This document shows positions 63,206-64,000 of a DNA stretch of 64,000 bases, piece by piece (within the stretch, counting starts at the first letter, position 1; each line of letters opens with the position of its first letter). A program made the position numbers and the translations under genes. The notes beneath the pieces are model-generated. The model made no database searches and had not been told where the DNA came from. It was given only the letters and a program-made list of their open reading frames with translations. Source of the DNA: Camelus ferus (Eukaryota); contig NC_045696.1 in NCBI RefSeq assembly GCF_009834535.1, forward strand, positions 75,952,001 through 76,016,000, read 5' to 3'.

Positions 63206-64000
63206 AAGAAAGGATGGAAAACTAAGTTAATTGATGCTTAAGGCATTCAGTTCCAAAGATGTGGCAAAAGCACAGTACCACCTGGTCCTGAGTTTTGCTT
63301 TTTTAACATTGTTCTGATGGTATGATTTTTTTTTTAACTTTTGAGGATTTCTTTTCTTTTCTTTTCTTTTAGTAAATTAGTGACTATTCCTAGATTCTTT
63401 ACTTAAATATTGACTTTTCAAGTATAAATTTATCAAGAAACAGTCAATCAAGTAATTATTAAATTAAAATTTTTTAAACTATTAAGAATTCTAACTGTGT
63501 ATGAGGATTGCCAATGACTTGAAGCAATATAACTTATGAAAATTTGTTTACTCATCAGGTCTATTTGGGGACATGCCACAAAGGCAGGATCATCCAAATA
63601 TCATCAGTATGTAATAAAGGAAAATGCCAGCCAGCGTTTTGAAACAGCCCCCTCGAAAATGCTATTAATGATATAATTTCACTTCAGTTCTCTCAGAAGC
63701 CTCTTGAAAAGTCAGAAGGTTCATTCTTTTAATTCTGAGTTAATCTTTGTGACTTGGGATATAGTTGATCAGTATGTTTCCTATAAAACTTTACTTTCTT
63801 TTTTTTTTAATGAAAGTTGAGAATTAAATGAAAACAATAATCAGTAAAAGGAAAATGCCAAAATGGTTATTCTCTTAGCTCATGAGTTTGAAATTTTCAG
63901 ATTGAATCTTATTCTTTTGAGGTTCAAATTCTATTTACAGCCAACAAAATGAGATTTCTGGGTTCTATAAAAAGGAGAAAGCCCCAAATTCTTCTGAACA

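Overview
AT-rich mammalian non-coding DNA (intergenic or deep intronic). I found no credible protein-coding exon, RNA gene or CRISPR array. The only ORF-track entries with recognisable protein similarity are decayed LINE-1 ORF2 pieces. The repeat content (MIR, L2, MER5/MER33/MER47-like DNA transposons, MLT1/MLT2/ERVL LTRs, old L1M) is eutherian. The young L1 3' ends, a cetartiodactyl-type ERV1 solo LTR and the absence of Alu/B1/BovA/PRE1/SINEC/ERE SINEs suggest a camelid; this is inference from recall, not a search. The most notable structure is in the L1 copies. (1) A 3.07-kb TSD-bounded minus-strand L1 (5597-8666) has a full 5'UTR and full ORF1 joined directly to the ORF2 C-terminus, 3'UTR and poly(A), an ORF1-only 'half-L1'-like layout. 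(2) A second TSD-bounded L1 (12046-15684) retains both ends but has ORF1 fused to late ORF2. (3) An inverted L1 (about 21185-23902) has a fold-back palindrome at the inversion junction. (4) A further twin-priming L1 lies at about 62497-63205. Also present are a CpG-rich patch inside ancient repeats (about 38030-38850) and several repeat-free blocks with TALE/HOX/FOX/SOX/RFX motif clusters that are enhancer candidates. Repeat family names come from pattern recognition, and most boundaries are approximate unless defined by a TSD. No new biological system can be claimed from this sequence alone.
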